Positions 11,074-20,142 are shown, counted from the first letter of the stretch. The stretch is 51,279 nt of DNA from an uncultured Candidatus Saccharibacteria bacterium (GCA_964362925.1 CAYIGA010000001.1:1-51279), one strand, 5' to 3'. Notes: generated by a model from the sequence alone, not told the origin. Translations and numbers: made by a program.

Positions 11074-11136
11074 ACAGACAAATGCTTATGCTTCGCCAAA
11101 AGCTATCCATTCGCCACCTTAACAGGGGGTTCAACC

Positions 11137-11721
11137 GTGAGATTCGCCAAACTGTTCGTCGCAAGCATGGCGGTTCTGCTTGTCCTTGTCGCTGTCGAAC
11201 TGGCAGTGGAGGAAACAAAAACGACTTCGGCTTCGTCCCGAATCGTTATTGGATCGGCTACCAGAGCTGGAATTAGACTACCGGACGGAACGAAAGTCGT
11301 TGTTTACCGGAAGGGTTCGGGAAGAGACAACGGCATCTGGACAATGAATAGCGACGGCACTAATCAGGTCCACATCCTAAAGGAGTTTTATTCACATTCA
11401 AAATATTTCTACCCAGGCTGGTTGTCTAACAGCCAAATCGTTTGTTTTAGAGTTGGGTCAGGATCAGAAGAGCCTGGCAAAGATATAATGATCGTCAACT
11501 CCGATGGTAGTCTTGATAGGAAATTGTCGATCAAAAACCAATGGCTCGAGGAACTGGGCTGCTCAGCCGATGGTTCGATGATCATGTTTGGCTGGGTAAG
11601 ATTTGAAGAAGGGCTTTTACCGGTATTTCCAGCCGTTATTGAAGTTGCCATTGGCAGGATTTTTGACTGGCCAGTGAACAATAAACAGACCCGGAACGCC
11701 GACTGGATCAACCTGCCCTAA
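11137..11721 (+). CDS. membrane-anchored protein with TolB/PD40-like beta-propeller repeats
   Basis: N-terminal hydrophobic anchor (FAKLFVASMAVLLVLVAV). Repeated motifs IWTMNSDGTNQ and IMIVNSDGSLD resemble PD40 repeats. GTG start with GGGGGT 6 nt upstream. Confidence 0.6.
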   Translation: MRFAKLFVASMAVLLVLVAVELAVEETKTTSASSRIVIGSATRAGIRLPDGTKVVVYRKGSGRDNGIWTMNSDGTNQVHILKEFYSHSKYFYPGWLSNSQIVCFRVGSGSEEPGKDIMIVNSDGSLDRKLSIKNQWLEELGCSADGSMIMFGWVRFEEGLLPVFPAVIEVAIGRIFDWPVNNKQTRNADWINLP

Positions 11722-11738
11722 GACATAGTTTCAACCTC

Positions 11739-11772
11739 TCCCCGGCCATTCTCGGGTGGCGGGGTATTTTTT
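11739..11772 (+). terminator. GC hairpin plus T-run after the PD40-like gene
   Basis: CCCCGGCC...GGCGGGG stem followed by TATTTTTT. Confidence 0.5.
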
Positions 11773-11814
11773 AGGCTAAAGGCAGAAAACGCTTTTTTGA
11801 GTGAAAATTGCGGA

Positions 11815-12780
11815 CTAATCGATCAACTTTCGCAGAGAACCGACCAATGCCGGTAGATTAGCGCCAGTTTTGGCGCTAACTAGAACGGCGTTGGGAAAAT
11901 CTCGTCGTAGTTGGGCTACTCCCTTGTCGGTTAGGAGGTCAATTTTATTTAAAACTAAAATTCTTGGTTTATCAGTCAGAGACGGGTCGTAGCGCTCAAG
12001 TTCGACCAGAATCGCTTGTTCCGATTCCAATAGGTTCGGCTCTGTCGCTTCAAGTAGATGGAGAAGTATCTTGACTCTTTGGCTGTGACGCAAAAATTGA
12101 TGACCCAGTCCTCGGCCCCGATGGGCTCCCTCAATTAACCCCGGTAAATCAACCAGAGTTGCTTGAAAATCCCCCCTCTTTAAGACACCGAGGACTGGCT
12201 CGGTCGTCGAGAAAGGATAGGCCCCGATTCGACTAGGAGCGCCAGTCAGGGCCGTCAAGAGCGACGACTTGCCGGAATTTGGTTGGCCGATTAGGCCGAC
12301 GTCGGCGATTAGCTGCAGCTCCAACCGAACTCGCCGAACTTGGCCGGCGCTGCCTTTGGTGGCTGAAAAAGGATTTTGATTAGTGGCGTGAGCAAAATGA
12401 ACGTTACCCAATCCTCCCTGACCACCAAGAGCGATAATCACCCTAGAATCGTCACCGGTCAGATCGGCCATAATTTGATTATTATCGAGATTAATAACTC
12501 GCGTTCCTGTCGGCACTAAAAGCTCCAAATCTTCGCCGGATGGGCCGGTTTTTCGCTTATTAGCCCCGTTGCTTCCTCGCGGAGCCTGGAAAATTTTGCG
12601 GTAACGAAAGGAGCTTAAAGTGTCAAGATTATGAGTCGCCCGCAAGATAATACTGCCACCCCGTCCGCCATCGCCGCCGTCCGGTCCGCCGTGGGGAACA
12701 AATTTTTCCCGCCGCCAACCGATAATACCGTCGCCGCCGCCGCCAGCTTTGAGCTCAACTTCAACCGAATCAACAAGCAT
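11815..12780 (-). CDS. obg: GTPase Obg/CgtA (short form, 321 aa)
   Basis: MLVDSVEVELKAGGGGDG...GGPDGGDGGRGG glycine-rich Obg fold followed by a G-domain (GQPNSGKSSLL, DLPGLIEGA, NKID). Confidence 0.95.
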   Translation of the reverse strand: MLVDSVEVELKAGGGGDGIIGWRREKFVPHGGPDGGDGGRGGSIILRATHNLDTLSSFRYRKIFQAPRGSNGANKRKTGPSGEDLELLVPTGTRVINLDNNQIMADLTGDDSRVIIALGGQGGLGNVHFAHATNQNPFSATKGSAGQVRRVRLELQLIADVGLIGQPNSGKSSLLTALTGAPSRIGAYPFSTTEPVLGVLKRGDFQATLVDLPGLIEGAHRGRGLGHQFLRHSQRVKILLHLLEATEPNLLESEQAILVELERYDPSLTDKPRILVLNKIDLLTDKGVAQLRRDFPNAVLVSAKTGANLPALVGSLRKLID

Positions 12781-12839
12781 CAATTAATCATACCAAGCCA
12801 AAATATGTTTAGGAAATCACTAATTTCGGCCGCAATTGT

Positions 12840-14210
12840 TTAAGAAGTGACAGCGAAGATTAGCTTGATTAATTCCTTAAATAAGACGGTTGGCTCCTTG
12901 GCAAAAAATGAATCGTAATTAATATTATAGACACCAGTTAGTGAATTTGGATTGGGTAGGCTAATGTTGCCAGCGGCGACAAAAATTCCCTTGAGGGTGC
13001 CATTTTTAGTATTGGGCAGAACGAAGTTAATATTTCCCCCTCCACCACCGACTTTACCAATAGCGGCATAGGCTCCGCAGTCAACTTTACCGTTATTGCC
13101 AGCGGCAAAGGTGATACTGCCGTTAACGATAAGGCCGAGCCGGGTTAACGCTTGGCAAGTCAACTCGCCGTTAATGACCAGGTTGCCGTTAACGGCAATA
13201 GTCCCGCTACCGGAAAAATTCGTTGCCCCGAGGGTTAAATCACCCTCAACATACCAGAGTTTACCTTCAGGTGGGCTGGAAAATGAGTTCGGGTTACCAT
13301 TACTAGGCAGATTACCAGTTGAATTCAAGAGCCAATTGCCAGCATAAGTACTGCCGTCAAACTTGGTACCGGCCAAACGGCGATCAAATAAATCAGTTAT
13401 CGGTCCAGAAACATTATTCCAAGCAAATTTAGTTGAGTTATTGATATAGTCTTCGATTTTAGCCGCGCCATCGATAATATCAATCTTGCCACCGACAGCG
13501 ATCGACTGGGGGTTAATTGTAAAATTTTTAATTTGGCCTGGAGCGGCGACGTTGCCTTCGACAAAGATACCCCGGACCGGCACCGTCTGGCGGAGATGGG
13601 CTTCCGGCAAGATTCGAGCGATCCCTCGGACTTTAGTAATAGCGTCCAAACAGATATGAGATTGACCTGGACCGGCGCAACCAGGTCCGGTTAATCGAGC
13701 CGTCGGAATTGAATTTGTTTCTAGAAATGTCACAACTTGGTCAAGAGCGACCTTGGAGACATCTTTGCGAAATGTCAGACGGAAATCTTTAACATTCGGC
13801 AGTTCGTCTCTCTTGAAGCCAATAATACTGATCGAATAATAGGCGCCGTCGGTGTTATTTTTTTCAATCGATGTTAGGATCCGATGTTTATCGAAGAACG
13901 CCCCGGACTCTCGAATAAAATGGGAATTAGCCAAATTGGCTGCCTCGACAAAACGATAGATAACGGTTCGGCCAGCGAAATCGGGAAAGAGCAATTTATC
14001 TGGTGTCATTATCAGCCGCGGCGGCAGCTGAATTTTTATATCCGGCCCGAGCGGAGGGGCTGGCGGATCGGGGCAGGGAGGCGGATCACAGGGTGGCGGT
14101 GGCGAACCAACTAATCGGCCAAAAATACTTGATGGCGGCGGATTGTAGGCCAGCGTTGTCGGGGCAATCAAGAGAACCAAAGCGACTACCAATAAGGCTC
14201 GATAGAGCAT
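12840..14210 (-). CDS. secreted protein with a proline-rich linker and Gly/Asn-rich beta-helix-like C-terminal region
   Basis: Signal-peptide-like N-terminus (MLYRALLVVALVLLIAPTTLA), then PPPPCDPPPCPDPPAPP, then a repetitive G/N/I/V-rich C-terminal half. It lies 56 nt upstream of obg on the same strand. Confidence 0.7.
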   Translation of the reverse strand: MLYRALLVVALVLLIAPTTLAYNPPPSSIFGRLVGSPPPPCDPPPCPDPPAPPLGPDIKIQLPPRLIMTPDKLLFPDFAGRTVIYRFVEAANLANSHFIRESGAFFDKHRILTSIEKNNTDGAYYSISIIGFKRDELPNVKDFRLTFRKDVSKVALDQVVTFLETNSIPTARLTGPGCAGPGQSHICLDAITKVRGIARILPEAHLRQTVPVRGIFVEGNVAAPGQIKNFTINPQSIAVGGKIDIIDGAAKIEDYINNSTKFAWNNVSGPITDLFDRRLAGTKFDGSTYAGNWLLNSTGNLPSNGNPNSFSSPPEGKLWYVEGDLTLGATNFSGSGTIAVNGNLVINGELTCQALTRLGLIVNGSITFAAGNNGKVDCGAYAAIGKVGGGGGNINFVLPNTKNGTLKGIFVAAGNISLPNPNSLTGVYNINYDSFFAKEPTVLFKELIKLIFAVTS

Positions 14211-14211
14211 A

Positions 14212-14541
14212 TTAATTTTTGAAATATTCTAGTTGGCCTTGAAATCGCGGTAATGATTCTAAATTGCCGCTATTGTTTCGTTTTAATTCGACGACCAAAT
14301 CGCCAAGATACTTTGGCTCGTCGTTGGCTAAGAGTGAATTTTCGAGCGGCGAACTGTCGCTTTGATGATCGCTGACTTTCCAAATCAGGGTGATTCCGCG
14401 CTCGCTGTCACCGACAATCGGCCCGAGTATTCCCCGGCGATAGAGGTTAAAGAAAACTAGAGAGCCGATAATGATCGCCGCTATGACTAGAAAAAGTAGA
14501 TTACGCCGAATCAAGTCAACAACCTGTCTTTCAGACTTCAT
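14212..14541 (-). CDS. small single-pass membrane protein
   Basis: 109-aa ORF with GAGGA 6 nt upstream of the ATG and one TM segment (LLFLVIAAIIIGSLVFF). Its stop is 1 nt from the next gene's start. Confidence 0.6.
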   Translation of the reverse strand: MKSERQVVDLIRRNLLFLVIAAIIIGSLVFFNLYRRGILGPIVGDSERGITLIWKVSDHQSDSSPLENSLLANDEPKYLGDLVVELKRNNSGNLESLPRFQGQLEYFKN

Positions 14542-14679
14542 GATTTTTCCTCGCCGACGTTCCGTTTAAACAACCGACCCTTCGCACCCCTATAGTTGGC
14601 ATTATATTTAATGTAGCAGTCAAAGACGTTTTTGACAAAATTTGACAGACAAAAATACTCGGTTAATGTTAAGGTTGTA

Positions 14680-15357
14680 ATGACCTTAATTGCTCTTAAT
14701 CGCTTCGTTTTTGGCCTGATTGCCACGGCTGTCGGCCTTGCATTTTGGCTGGCGGCGCCAAAGGCAGTAACTGTCGCCGGTGACGTCACAACTTATACGT
14801 CAACTTGGAAGGCAACAGAATACCTAATCGCCAAGCGAACATTTCGCGGACTCGGCAACCTTCGACCTAACAACGCCCCAGCGGACATTGCCCCACCCAC
14901 CTTTGATGCAATAATAATTGGCGTCGCTACTTGGCGCGTCACGGGCAAGTTCGGCCCTAACGGTCCTTATTTTAAAGAAGATTGGCAATCGCCCGCTAGC
15001 CGACCAGTATTTACTAAAAATCAGGAAGTTAGCGGAGTGGAACCAGGCGAATGGATTGCTGGCGCCATTTGGGTAAAAAACCTAGAAACATACCCAATCG
15101 AAATAACCAAAGAACGGTTCGACGAACAGATTGTGACCCGCCCAGGCGATAATGCTACTGTCCAAGGCAATACCGCTAGTTGTGTTCCTAGATCTAATCG
15201 GTGTATTTTCACCACCGGAGCTTACGGATGGACCGATTACCATGATTTTGAATCCGCTGGCAAAGGCAAGCACCGTACTACTGGGGTGGCGATCCCGACG
15301 CTTTGGACTGTGACGGGTACTGTTTGTCAACTTGAAACAGACATTGACTGTCAGTAG
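14680..15357 (+). CDS. secreted/anchored four-Cys protein, paralog 1 (225 aa)
   Basis: Start set at the ATG at 14680 because the track start (14632) is the TTGACA of the promoter. N-terminal TM/signal segment. Clearly homologous to the next gene (TVAGDVTTY.STWKATE, GPYFKE.W.SP, GVAIPTLWTVTGTVC). Confidence 0.75.
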   Translation: MTLIALNRFVFGLIATAVGLAFWLAAPKAVTVAGDVTTYTSTWKATEYLIAKRTFRGLGNLRPNNAPADIAPPTFDAIIIGVATWRVTGKFGPNGPYFKEDWQSPASRPVFTKNQEVSGVEPGEWIAGAIWVKNLETYPIEITKERFDEQIVTRPGDNATVQGNTASCVPRSNRCIFTTGAYGWTDYHDFESAGKGKHRTTGVAIPTLWTVTGTVCQLETDIDCQ

Positions 15358-15508
15358 CGATGTTTGAATCGGACGCTTGACAGCTTCATTTGCCTTTTCC
15401 CCGCGACCAAAATAGCTGATTTTATCAAACCTAATATTGCCCTTACATTGACTAGACGTTTTTGACAAATTTGACAGCCAATAATATTGGGTTATGGTTA
15501 AGCTAGTA

Positions 15509-16132
15509 ATGTCTTTGATTGCTGTTACTCGATTGGTCTGCGGTTTAATTGTCGTCAGTTTTGGCTTTTTGGTAGTAGTGGCGCCAAGGGAAGTAACGGT
15601 CGCCGGTGACGTCACAACTTATTCGTCGACTTGGAAGGCAACAGAAAACCTAATTGCCAGGCGAGTAGTTGGTAATCATACCGATGAAATAATAATTGGG
15701 GTAGCTAGCTGGAAAGTCTTGGGACAATTTGCGCCTGACGGTCCGTATTTTAAGGAGGAATGGAGCTCGCCCTCTACCCGGCCATTCTTTGGTAATCGTC
15801 TAATTGACGAAGGGGTATTAGGAGAATGGATTACTGGCGCGATCTGGGTTACAAACTTAGTTACATACAATATCTTTATAGAGAAAAAAAGCGCTGACGC
15901 ACCTCTTTTTGGTGGTAGTGGAAAAAGTGTCAAAGTCGACGGTAAAACGGCTAGCTGCGCTTCAGGCACTAATGGCTGTATTTTTGGCAACGGAAGCTAC
16001 GGCTTCACCGATTACCACGAATTTGATTCAGCCAGCAACGGCAAGCATCGGGTTGTTGGCGTAGCGATCCCGACGCTCTGGACAGTGACTGGCACGGTTT
16101 GTGAACTTAACACCGATATCGAGTGTCGGTAG
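15509..16132 (+). CDS. secreted/anchored four-Cys protein, paralog 2 (207 aa)
   Basis: Homologous to 14680-15357 along its whole length, and the promoter-like upstream sequence is also duplicated. Confidence 0.75.
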   Translation: MSLIAVTRLVCGLIVVSFGFLVVVAPREVTVAGDVTTYSSTWKATENLIARRVVGNHTDEIIIGVASWKVLGQFAPDGPYFKEEWSSPSTRPFFGNRLIDEGVLGEWITGAIWVTNLVTYNIFIEKKSADAPLFGGSGKSVKVDGKTASCASGTNGCIFGNGSYGFTDYHEFDSASNGKHRVVGVAIPTLWTVTGTVCELNTDIECR

Positions 16133-16134
16133 CG

Positions 16135-16455
16135 ATGCTCGTCCAGGACGTTTTTCGGCCTAATTCCCCAAAGATAATCAAACTGTCGGAAGTATTTTTT
16201 TGTCTCGGTCTTTTGATCGCCATTATTGGGGCAGGGAAATACTGGCTTTTTGCCAACGTCCCGAAGAAACAGGCGGTTGATTTCCCTAGCTCAATCATCG
16301 AGCGGCGACTGGCCGTTACCAAAGCCGGCGGCGACGGTACTGTCAGCTATAATTTTTCAACCAATTTTATCCCCGGGATAGGGATTATTGTTGATCCGAG
16401 AGCCGAGCTAAAAAAACTTAAGACAGAAAACGATAAACTGCTTAATTCTCCCTAG
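16135..16455 (+). CDS. small membrane protein (106 aa)
   Basis: ATG lies 3 nt after the paralog 2 stop. One TM segment (FFCLGLLIAIIGAG). The corresponding sequence after paralog 1 is a 6-codon remnant. Confidence 0.5.
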   Translation: MLVQDVFRPNSPKIIKLSEVFFCLGLLIAIIGAGKYWLFANVPKKQAVDFPSSIIERRLAVTKAGGDGTVSYNFSTNFIPGIGIIVDPRAELKKLKTENDKLLNSP

Positions 16456-16468
16456 CGGTAGCTAAACT

Positions 16469-18013
16469 TTAGCGATTCTCCAGAACAACGGTTAAGGCCG
16501 AGGGCAGATAACTAACCAAACCGACCCCGTCAGGCAAGATAAAATCGGTTGTTTTGACGGTAATCGAGTATGTTCCGGCTGATTGATAAGGCGATAGATT
16601 CAGTCGAAGTTTAACCGCGTTATCAGCTAAGACGGCTAAAACGCTTCCTAGTCCGGAGACAAGGGTCGAGACCGATGTTGGCGTGACGGTGGTAACTTTT
16701 AGTCCGGCGCTTAAGCCGTCGTAACTAAGCTCGGGACTAACCGCTTTGACGGCGCTTGTCCCCTCTAAATCGATCTTGACGCTAATCTTGCCGATATTAT
16801 CGGCCACAGTCACTCCACTCGGTAGAGCAAGGGTCGTGGCTTGAGTAGTGTCGGCGTTCAAGCCGGAAATTGGGATTAAGGTCGTTGTTATCTCGGTCAA
16901 TTCCGCCAGGATGTCTATTGGGCCAGTGACAGTGATAACCGGCGGATCCAATACAATTGATTTAACCCAATAGCCGCCTTCCGGTTGGCCAGCGGTTATC
17001 GGACGAATGCCGACGGTTTTTAAGTTACCGGCTTTAACTAAATTAACTGTCGCTTCCACTTCAGATGGACTAAAACTAACCGAGCCGATTACTTCACCGG
17101 CCGAAGTTAGAGCAACGAGGCTGTACTTTTTAACTATTTTTTCGGTTTCGCCGTTAAGTTTTACCTGAATAATCGCCCCTTGTAGGTCGGCTAAGACTGA
17201 TTTAGGGCCACTGGCTTCAACTTTGAGCGGTTCAATGATCGGCTCGTCAGGGACGAGCTCGTTGCCAGCTTGGCCAGAAAATTTTGCCGAAACGGTGACG
17301 GTTTTTTTAATAATCGGCTCGACCGTCACCGCCACTCTCTGGGGATTAATCCGAATTATTGTTAGATCGGTAATTTTGGTCGTAACGGTAATTGGTCGAT
17401 CGTAAGTTCCTTCGCCTTGTGAAGCAACATCAACGGTGGCTGAAAAATTATCAGTTGTTAACAAGCGCCACTGACTATTTTGGGCGCTGACAATCACCCG
17501 GACGGTCACTTGACCGCCAAAACTAGCCGCCATTCCCGAAGGCAAGTTGACCGCCACTAAGGGGATGCCTGTTGGTAGTTCGGCCGTTTTGGCACCGATG
17601 CCGCTGGAAGCGCCAACGATCAAAAAAGCGCCCATGACTGAAAATAGGCCAACAAGGAGAGGGTTTAGGTACGGCGGTTCGGCGTTGGTCAAGCCAGCTC
17701 GGTCGCGACCGAATAATCCCAACCAACGATCATCAAGAAATAGCGGTAGGCCGATCACTAGTAAAACCAAACCTATTTGAGCTAAAACGTGGAGACCAGG
17801 CAAAGTAATGAAGGCGCTAATAACCAAGACCGAAGTCGCCAAGCCAATCAAAGCCAGATAGCTGATGTTTTTCCGGGAATTAAACGCCCCGATTATCAGA
17901 TATATAACCACCGCGACTAAAAGAATATCAAACGAAAAATAGAGCCAGCGGGTCGTATCGCCAACGCCAAATTGCAACCAACCCCGCCAGATATCTTTGA
18001 GCGTATTAATCAA
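16469..18013 (-). CDS. YbbR-repeat (CdaR-like) protein with an N-terminal CdaA-like 3-TM module
   Basis: Residues 1-105 resemble the membrane module of diadenylate cyclase CdaA (FDILLVAVVIYLII...LGLFGR). A fourth TM follows, then about four YbbR-like beta repeats. No DAC domain is seen. Confidence 0.7.
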   Translation of the reverse strand: MINTLKDIWRGWLQFGVGDTTRWLYFSFDILLVAVVIYLIIGAFNSRKNISYLALIGLATSVLVISAFITLPGLHVLAQIGLVLLVIGLPLFLDDRWLGLFGRDRAGLTNAEPPYLNPLLVGLFSVMGAFLIVGASSGIGAKTAELPTGIPLVAVNLPSGMAASFGGQVTVRVIVSAQNSQWRLLTTDNFSATVDVASQGEGTYDRPITVTTKITDLTIIRINPQRVAVTVEPIIKKTVTVSAKFSGQAGNELVPDEPIIEPLKVEASGPKSVLADLQGAIIQVKLNGETEKIVKKYSLVALTSAGEVIGSVSFSPSEVEATVNLVKAGNLKTVGIRPITAGQPEGGYWVKSIVLDPPVITVTGPIDILAELTEITTTLIPISGLNADTTQATTLALPSGVTVADNIGKISVKIDLEGTSAVKAVSPELSYDGLSAGLKVTTVTPTSVSTLVSGLGSVLAVLADNAVKLRLNLSPYQSAGTYSITVKTTDFILPDGVGLVSYLPSALTVVLENR

Positions 18014-18202
18014 ACCCTCCTGATTTTAAGTATTAAGCATCAGGTGGTAAGTATCAAGTACCAAATATCAAGTGATCAAGTGACGATCTCGTTAATCCTA
18101 CCTTCTCCCTACCTCCTCGGAAGTGGGGAAGGCTCATGCTAAACTAATTGGCGAATCGGCGGAAGTGTCCGTCTGTAATTTAGCTAATAAATTACAAACC
18201 CC

Positions 18203-18228
18203 AACCATATCGCACCCCTGGGGTGCGA
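18203..18228 (-). repeat. REP element, solo copy (inverted relative to the RAYT-flanking copies)
   Basis: AACCATATCGCACCCCTGGGGTGCGA, 19 nt downstream of the infB stop. An adjacent TGTAATTT-N7-AAATTACA hairpin sits at 18174-18196. Confidence 0.8.
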
Positions 18229-18246
18229 GTGAGTTTAGTAATGGGG

Positions 18247-19959
18247 CTACTCAACCCGGATTTTCACAAAAGCCAAGACATCGCCTTTGGCCAGAACTGG
18301 CCCGTCGATTAGGCCAACGCCGCACTGCTGACCGACTTCGGCTTGGTCAACAGCAACTTTACCGATCTTCAAACCGGTCATTTTGGCTTTGCCTATCTCT
18401 TCTTTGTCACGATAGACGATCACTTCATCGGCCATCGCCACCGTGCCCTGAGTAACATCGCCACCAGCAATTGCCAGGTCTTTTTTCTGGGAGAAAACTT
18501 GTAATAGCTTTAAGCGACCCAACTCTTCTCGAATTAAAATTGGCGTGGCAATTTTCTTTAATTTTTCGCTTAAAAGATCGAGCGCTTCGTAAATAACCCA
18601 AAATTCCCGGAGCTCAACGCCTTCTTTTTCAGCTAATTCCTTCATCCGCTTGCTTAGTGTCGTCCGAAAAGCGATTATCAGGGCCAGTGAGGGTTTAGCA
18701 AGGTTAATATCATTTTCGTTAACGGCGCCGATACCGCTGGAAAGAATTTCGACCGTCGCGTCTTTAACTTTAAGTTTGGAGATAGAGTCCTCAAGGGCCG
18801 AGAGCGAGCCACCGACATCAGTTTTGAGAATAATTCGTAAATGATTGTCGTCTTCCTTTGAAGCGACCTTGGCCGAGACAGCCTCGCGACTAACCATTGT
18901 TTTAGCCAATTTTTCGTTAGGGGCCATAGTCAACCGATCGCCGAAGATTGGGACGTCTTCCAAGCCCATAATTACGACCGGTGTCGCCGGTCCAGCGGCA
19001 ACGATTTTATGACCCAAGTCGTCTTCCAAAACCTTAATTCGGCCGTAAGTGCCACCAGTCACGACCACTTGCCCGGCACGGAGCGTCCCATTATAAATTA
19101 AGACTGTGGCGATCGGGCCACGTTGATGGTCTAGATTGGCTTCAATGACGATGCCCTCGCTCGATACATCGGGATCGGCTTTGAGCTCAAGTAAGTCGGT
19201 CGTTAAAATCACCATCTCGAGTAATTGGTCGACGCCAGCGCCGGTTTTGGCTGAAACCGGCACGACAACCGTTTTGCCGCCCCATTCTTCTGGCGCCAGG
19301 TCGTTTTCGACCAACTGTTGTTTGACTCGCTCCAAATTGGCCCCCGGTAAATCAACCTTACTGATAGCAATAATTATCGGCACGTTAGCACTTCTGGCGT
19401 GATCGAGGGCTTCGAGCGTTTGCGGTTTAATGCCGTCGTCGGCGGCAACAACCAATATCACTAGGTCAGTGATGGTGGCGCCGTGGGCGCGGAGCGCCGA
19501 AAAGGCCTCGTGGCCTGGTGTGTCAATAAATGTAATTTTGCGCTTCTGATCTTCGGCAGTTTTGAATTCAATCTGGTAAGCGCTAATGTGTTGGGTAATA
19601 CCGCCGGATTCGCCTTCGGCAATATTCGATTGACGAATATAATCCAGTAGTGTTGTCTTGCCGTGATCGACGTGACCCATTACCGTTACAATTGGCGGGC
19701 GGGCAACTGACGTTTTGGTGTTGAAATTTTTGGCTATAACATTGGTGGCCAGATTTTCCGGTTCAGCCGTCCAACCATAATCCTCTACTAAAAGTGAGGC
19801 CGTATCGTAATCGATTGATTGATTAATCGTCGCCATGACGCCGTTTTTAATCAGTTTGCCGATCACATCAATAGCGTTGACCCCGAGCTTGTCGGCCAGC
19901 GTTCGAACGGAAATTGATTCTGGTAGTCGTAAAATCTTCTTAGTCGTTTCGTTAGACAT
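18247..19959 (-). CDS. infB: translation initiation factor IF-2 (short form, 570 aa)
   Basis: G-domain motifs ([24 protein letters not shown]-like ISKVD) and IF-2 C-terminal domains. Start set at the ATG at 19959 (MSNETTKK). Confidence 0.95.
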   Translation of the reverse strand: MSNETTKKILRLPESISVRTLADKLGVNAIDVIGKLIKNGVMATINQSIDYDTASLLVEDYGWTAEPENLATNVIAKNFNTKTSVARPPIVTVMGHVDHGKTTLLDYIRQSNIAEGESGGITQHISAYQIEFKTAEDQKRKITFIDTPGHEAFSALRAHGATITDLVILVVAADDGIKPQTLEALDHARSANVPIIIAISKVDLPGANLERVKQQLVENDLAPEEWGGKTVVVPVSAKTGAGVDQLLEMVILTTDLLELKADPDVSSEGIVIEANLDHQRGPIATVLIYNGTLRAGQVVVTGGTYGRIKVLEDDLGHKIVAAGPATPVVIMGLEDVPIFGDRLTMAPNEKLAKTMVSREAVSAKVASKEDDNHLRIILKTDVGGSLSALEDSISKLKVKDATVEILSSGIGAVNENDINLAKPSLALIIAFRTTLSKRMKELAEKEGVELREFWVIYEALDLLSEKLKKIATPILIREELGRLKLLQVFSQKKDLAIAGGDVTQGTVAMADEVIVYRDKEEIGKAKMTGLKIGKVAVDQAEVGQQCGVGLIDGPVLAKGDVLAFVKIRVE

Positions 19960-19984
19960 TGTTATTAATTTAAATCTCAAACCT

Positions 19985-20140
19985 CAAAATGCAAAATGAC
20001 ATCTCAAATTTAAAAATTTCCATTTTGGATTGTCACTACGAGCCTCTGGCGAGGAGCGAGCGTCAGCGACATTTTGTCGCTCCGAATCGCTTTTCGCTTC
20101 GCTCGGAGTGAGAATTGATTTTTGAAATTTGCATTGCGAC
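19985..20140 (-). repeat. intergenic repeat family 2, copy C (gyrA stop to infB leader)
   Basis: It shares ATGCAAAT, TCTCACTCCGA, CGTAGTGACAATCCAAAAT, GAAATTTTTAAAT and GTCATTTTG blocks with the copies at 7479-7549 and 50007-50129. 11-bp arms (TCACTACGAGC / GCTCGGAGTGA, 1 mismatch) enclose about 65 nt. Confidence 0.6.
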
Positions 20141-20142
20141 AC

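Noticed and set aside
14578-14590. Half REP-like sequence CGCACCCCT upstream of the small membrane protein gene
   Set aside because: Only one arm of the REP core is present and no complementary GGGGTGCG lies nearby. It may be a decayed copy but cannot be supported.
14538-15615. Two minus-strand ORFs (14538-14789 and 15082-15615) that begin with nearly the same peptide MTSPATVT...
   Set aside because: They are antisense images of the duplicated N-termini and promoters of the two four-Cys paralogs. Their similarity is a by-product of the tandem duplication, not evidence for genes.
18053-18081. Three copies of ATCAAGT within 30 nt upstream of the YbbR-repeat gene
   Set aside because: On the minus strand they are overlapping TTGAT(A/C) -35-like hexamers of a probable promoter (TTGATA-16-TAATAC). 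I see no evidence for a separate function.
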